From NCBI RefSeq assembly GCF_036365525.1, contig NC_090394.1, positions 37,359,243 to 37,423,242 of the forward strand: 64,000 nt of DNA. Direction: 5' to 3'. Below, one piece after another: positions 60,447 through 64,000 of the stretch (its first letter is position 1; the number at the start of each line of letters is the position of its first letter). The stretch comes from Heterodontus francisci (Eukaryota). A program made the position numbers and the translations under genes. The notes beneath the pieces were generated by a model. That model did not search any database, had not been told where the DNA came from, and worked only from the letters and a program-made list of their open reading frames with translations.

Positions 60447-63400
60447 AGCAGAAGGTGGAACCATCTGGTTCACTAATGTCCTTTAGGGAAGGAAACCTGC
60501 TGTCCTTACCTGGTCTGGCCTATATGTGACACCAGACCCACAGCAATGTGGTTGACTCTTACATGCCCTCTGAAATGGCCTAGCAAGCCACTCAATTGTA
60601 TCTAACCACTACGAAGTCAATAAAAAGGAATGAAACCGGACGAACCACCCGACATCGACCTCGGCACTGGAAACGACAATGGCAAACCCAGCCCTGTCGA
60701 CCCTGCAAAGTCCTCCTTACTAACATCTGGGGGCTTGTGCTAAAGTTGGGAGAGCTGTCCCACAGACTAGTCAAGCAACAGCCTGACATAGTCATACTCA
60801 CGGAATCATACCTTACAGACAATGTCCCAGACACTGCCATCACCATCCCCGGGTATGTCCTGTCCCACCGGCAGGACAGACCCACCAGAGGTGGTGGCAC
60901 AGTGGTATACAGTAGGGACTGAGTTGCCCTGGGAGTCCTCAACATCAACTCTGGACCCCATGAAGTCTAATGGCATCAGATCAAACACGGACAAGGAAAC
61001 CTCCTGCTGATTACCACCTACCGCCCTCCCTCAGCTGATGAGTCAGTACCCCTCCATGTTGAACAGCACTTGCAGGAAGCACTAAGGATGGCAAGGGCAC
61101 AAAATGTACTCTGGGTGGGGGACTTCAATGTCCATCACCAAGAGTGGCTCGGTCGCACCACTACTGACCGAGCTGGCCAAGTCCTAAAGGACATATCTGC
61201 TGGACTGCGGCAGGTGGTGAGGGAACCAATAAGAGGGGAAAAAATATTTGACCTCGTCCTCACCAATCTGCCTGCCGCAGATGCATCTATCCATGACAGT
61301 ATTGGTAGGAGTGACCACCGCACAGTCCTTGTGGAGACGAAGTCCCGCCTTCACATTGAGGATACCCTCCATCGTGTTGTGTGGCACTACCACCGTGCTA
61401 AATGGGATTATTTCGAACAGATCTAGCAATGCAAAACTGGGCATCCTTGAGGCGTTGTAGGCCATCAGCAGCAGCAGAATTGTATTCAACCACAATCTGT
61501 AACCTCATGGCCCGGCAAATCCCCCACCGTACCATTACCATCTAGCCAGAAGACCAATCCTGGTTCAATGAAGAGTGCAGGAGGGCATGCCAGGAGCAGC
61601 ACCAGGCATACCTCAAAATGAGGTGTCAACCTGGTGAAGCTGTAACACAGTACTATCTGCGTACCAAACTGCGTAAGCAGCATGCGATAGACAGAGCTAA
61701 GCGATCCCATAACCAACGGATCAGATCTAAGCTGTGCAGTCCTGCCACATCCAGCCGTGAATGGTGGTGGACAATTAAACAACTAACTGGAGGAGCTGGC
61801 TCCACAAACATCCCCACCCTCAATGATGGGGGAGCCCAGCACATCAGTGCGAAAGATAAGGCTGAAGCATTTGCAACAATCTTCAGCCAGAAGTGCCGAG
61901 TTGATGATCCACCTCGGCCTCCTCCTAAAGTCCCCAGCATCACAGATGCCAGACTCCAGCCAATTCAATTCACTCTGCGTGATATCAAGAAACGACTGAA
62001 GGCACTGGATTCTGCAAAAGCTATGGGCCCTGACAATGTTCCGGCAATAGTACTGAAGACCTGTGCTCCAGCACTAGCCGCACCCCTAGCCAAGCTGTTC
62101 CAGTACATCTACCCTGCAATGTGGAAAATTGCCCAGGTATGTCCTGTACACAAAAAGCAGGACGTCCAACCCGGCCAATTACCGCTCCATCAGTCTACTC
62201 TCAATCATCAGTAAAGTGATGGAAGGTGTCATCAACAGTGCCATCAAGTGGCACTTGCTTAGCAATAACCTGCTCAGTGACGCTCAGTTTGGATTCCACC
62301 AGGGCCACTCAGCTTCTGACCTCATTACAGCCTTGGTTCAAACATGGACAAAAGAGCTGAACTCGAGAAGTGAGGGGAGAGTGACTGCCCCAAACATCAA
62401 GGCAGCATTTGACCGAGTATGGCATCAAGGAGCCCTAGCAAAACTGAGGTCAATGGGAATCAGGGGAAAAACCCTCCACCGGCTGGAGTCATGCCTAGCG
62501 CAAAGGAAGATGGTTGTGGTTGTTGGTGGTCAATCATCTGAGCTCCAGGACATCACTGCAGGAGTTCCTCAGGGTAGTGTCCTAGGCCCAACCATCTTCA
62601 GCTGCTTCATCAATGACCTTCCTTCAATCATAAGGTCAGAAGTGGGGATGTTCGCTGATGATTGCACATTGTACAGCACCATTCGTGACTCCTCAGATAC
62701 TGAAGCAGTCCGTGTAGAAATGCAGCAAGACCTGGACAATATCCAGGCTTGGGCTGATAAGTGCCAAGTAACATTCGCACCACACAAGTGCCGGGCAAAG
62801 ACCATCTCCAACAAAAGAGAATCTAACCATCTCCCCTTGACATTCAATGGCATTACCATCGCTGAATCCCCCACTATCAACATCCTAGGGGCTACCATTG
62901 ACCAGAAACTGAACTGGAGTAGCCAAATAAATACTGTGGCTACAAGAGCAGGTCAGAGGCTAGGAATCCTGAGGCGAGTAACTCAACTCCCGACTCCCCA
63001 AAGCCTGTCCACCATCTACAAGGCACAAGTCAGGCGTGTGACGGAATACTCTCCACTTGCCTGGATTGGTGCAGCTCCAACACTCAAGAAGCTCGACGCC
63101 ATCCAGGACAAAACAGCCTGCTTGATTGGCACCCCATCTGCAAACATTCACTCCCTCCACCACTGACGCACAGTGGCAGCAGTGTGTACCATCTACAAGA
63201 TGCACTGCAGCAACGCACCAAGGCTCCTTAGACAGCACCTTCCAAACCCGTGACCTCTATCAACTAGAAGGACAAGGGCAGTAAATGCATGGGAACACCA
63301 CCACTTTCAAGTTCCCTGCCAAGTCACACACCATCCTGACTTGGAACTATATCGCCATTCCTTCACTGTCGCTGGGTCAAAATCCTGGAACACCCTTCCT

Positions 63401-63450
63401 AACAGCACTGTGGGTATACCTACCCCAAATGGACTGCAGCGGTTCAAGAA

Positions 63451-63664
63451 TAGTGGGTATCTGGAATGAGCTGCCAGAGGAGGTGGTGGAGGCAGGAACA
63501 GTAGCAACATTTAAGAGGCATCTGAACAGGTACTTGAATGAGCCAGGCATAGAGGGATATGGAATTAATGCAGGCATGTGGAATTAATATAGATAGGCAT
63601 TATGGTCGGCATGGACACGGTGGGCCGAAGGGCCTGTTTCTATGCTGCACGACTCTATGACTCT
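63451..63664 (+). mobile_element. HER1/CR1 3' fragment inserted into the LINE's 3' region
   Basis: 5-bp direct repeat AAGAA at 63446-63450 and 63665-63669. Tail gggccgaagggcctgtttc..gactctatgactct is shared with the HE1-like SINEs. Confidence 0.88.
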
Positions 63665-64000
63665 AAGAAGGCAGCTCCCCACCACCTTCTCAAGGGCAAT
63701 TAGGGATAGGCAATAAATGCTGGCCTGGCCAGTGACGCCCACATCCCATGAATGAATCAAAAAAAATTATTTTTTCATCTGAAAGTTGTACTGTCAATGG
63801 CATACTGCATTGTATTCAACTCAAAAATACCATCTAAACAATTTTTCTTCAGAAATGAGTCATGGAAATTAGAAGCAAATTAATTTATAAAGTATATGCT
63901 ATTTTTGTTAACATCTTTATGCCCTCTAACACTTGAATGAAACCAAATACTTGATTACTTCTGCTGAAAAGATGAAAGAGTAAACATTTAGTGGTCCAAA

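Larger units (their letters stand above)
60356..63766 (+). mobile_element. Near full-length single-ORF CR1-group LINE (APE-RT, decayed) with a tRNA-derived 5' head
   Basis: APE motifs TNIWGL, LTESYL, RQDR..RGGG, GDFNVHH and SDH; RT motifs KAAFDRVWH, GVPQGSVLGP and FADD; tail ccatgaatgaatc plus A-run. Several stops and frameshifts. Confidence 0.93.

Overview
This is vertebrate genomic DNA, almost certainly from a shark or ray, judging by the HE1/V-type and Deu-type SINEs and the abundant CR1/HER1, L2 and Penelope relics. I cannot support any intact host gene, so the window is either intergenic or deep in an intron. It is dominated by decayed mobile DNA: CR1, L2, RTE, Tx1 and Penelope relics, tRNA-derived SINEs, solo LTRs, a Gypsy 5' relic and hAT elements. 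The 1,000-3,600 aa ORFs at 12.3-23.5 kb are artefacts of a G/A-rich tandem array that has almost no T. That array lies inside a non-autonomous Buster/Charlie-type hAT element (8-bp TSD CTATAAAC) and is probably inflated about 3.6 kb by a false duplication across a 13-N gap. Most notable observations: (1) a near full-length single-ORF APE-RT LINE at 60.36-63.77 kb with a tRNA-derived Pol III head and no TTTT on its sense strand, a candidate Pol III-transcribed autonomous retrotransposon; (2) a 5'-only, intronless GOSR2 fragment inserted into a CR1 relic with templated junctions; (3) a minimal hammerhead ribozyme in a Penelope terminal repeat. All calls were made by eye, with no database searches.
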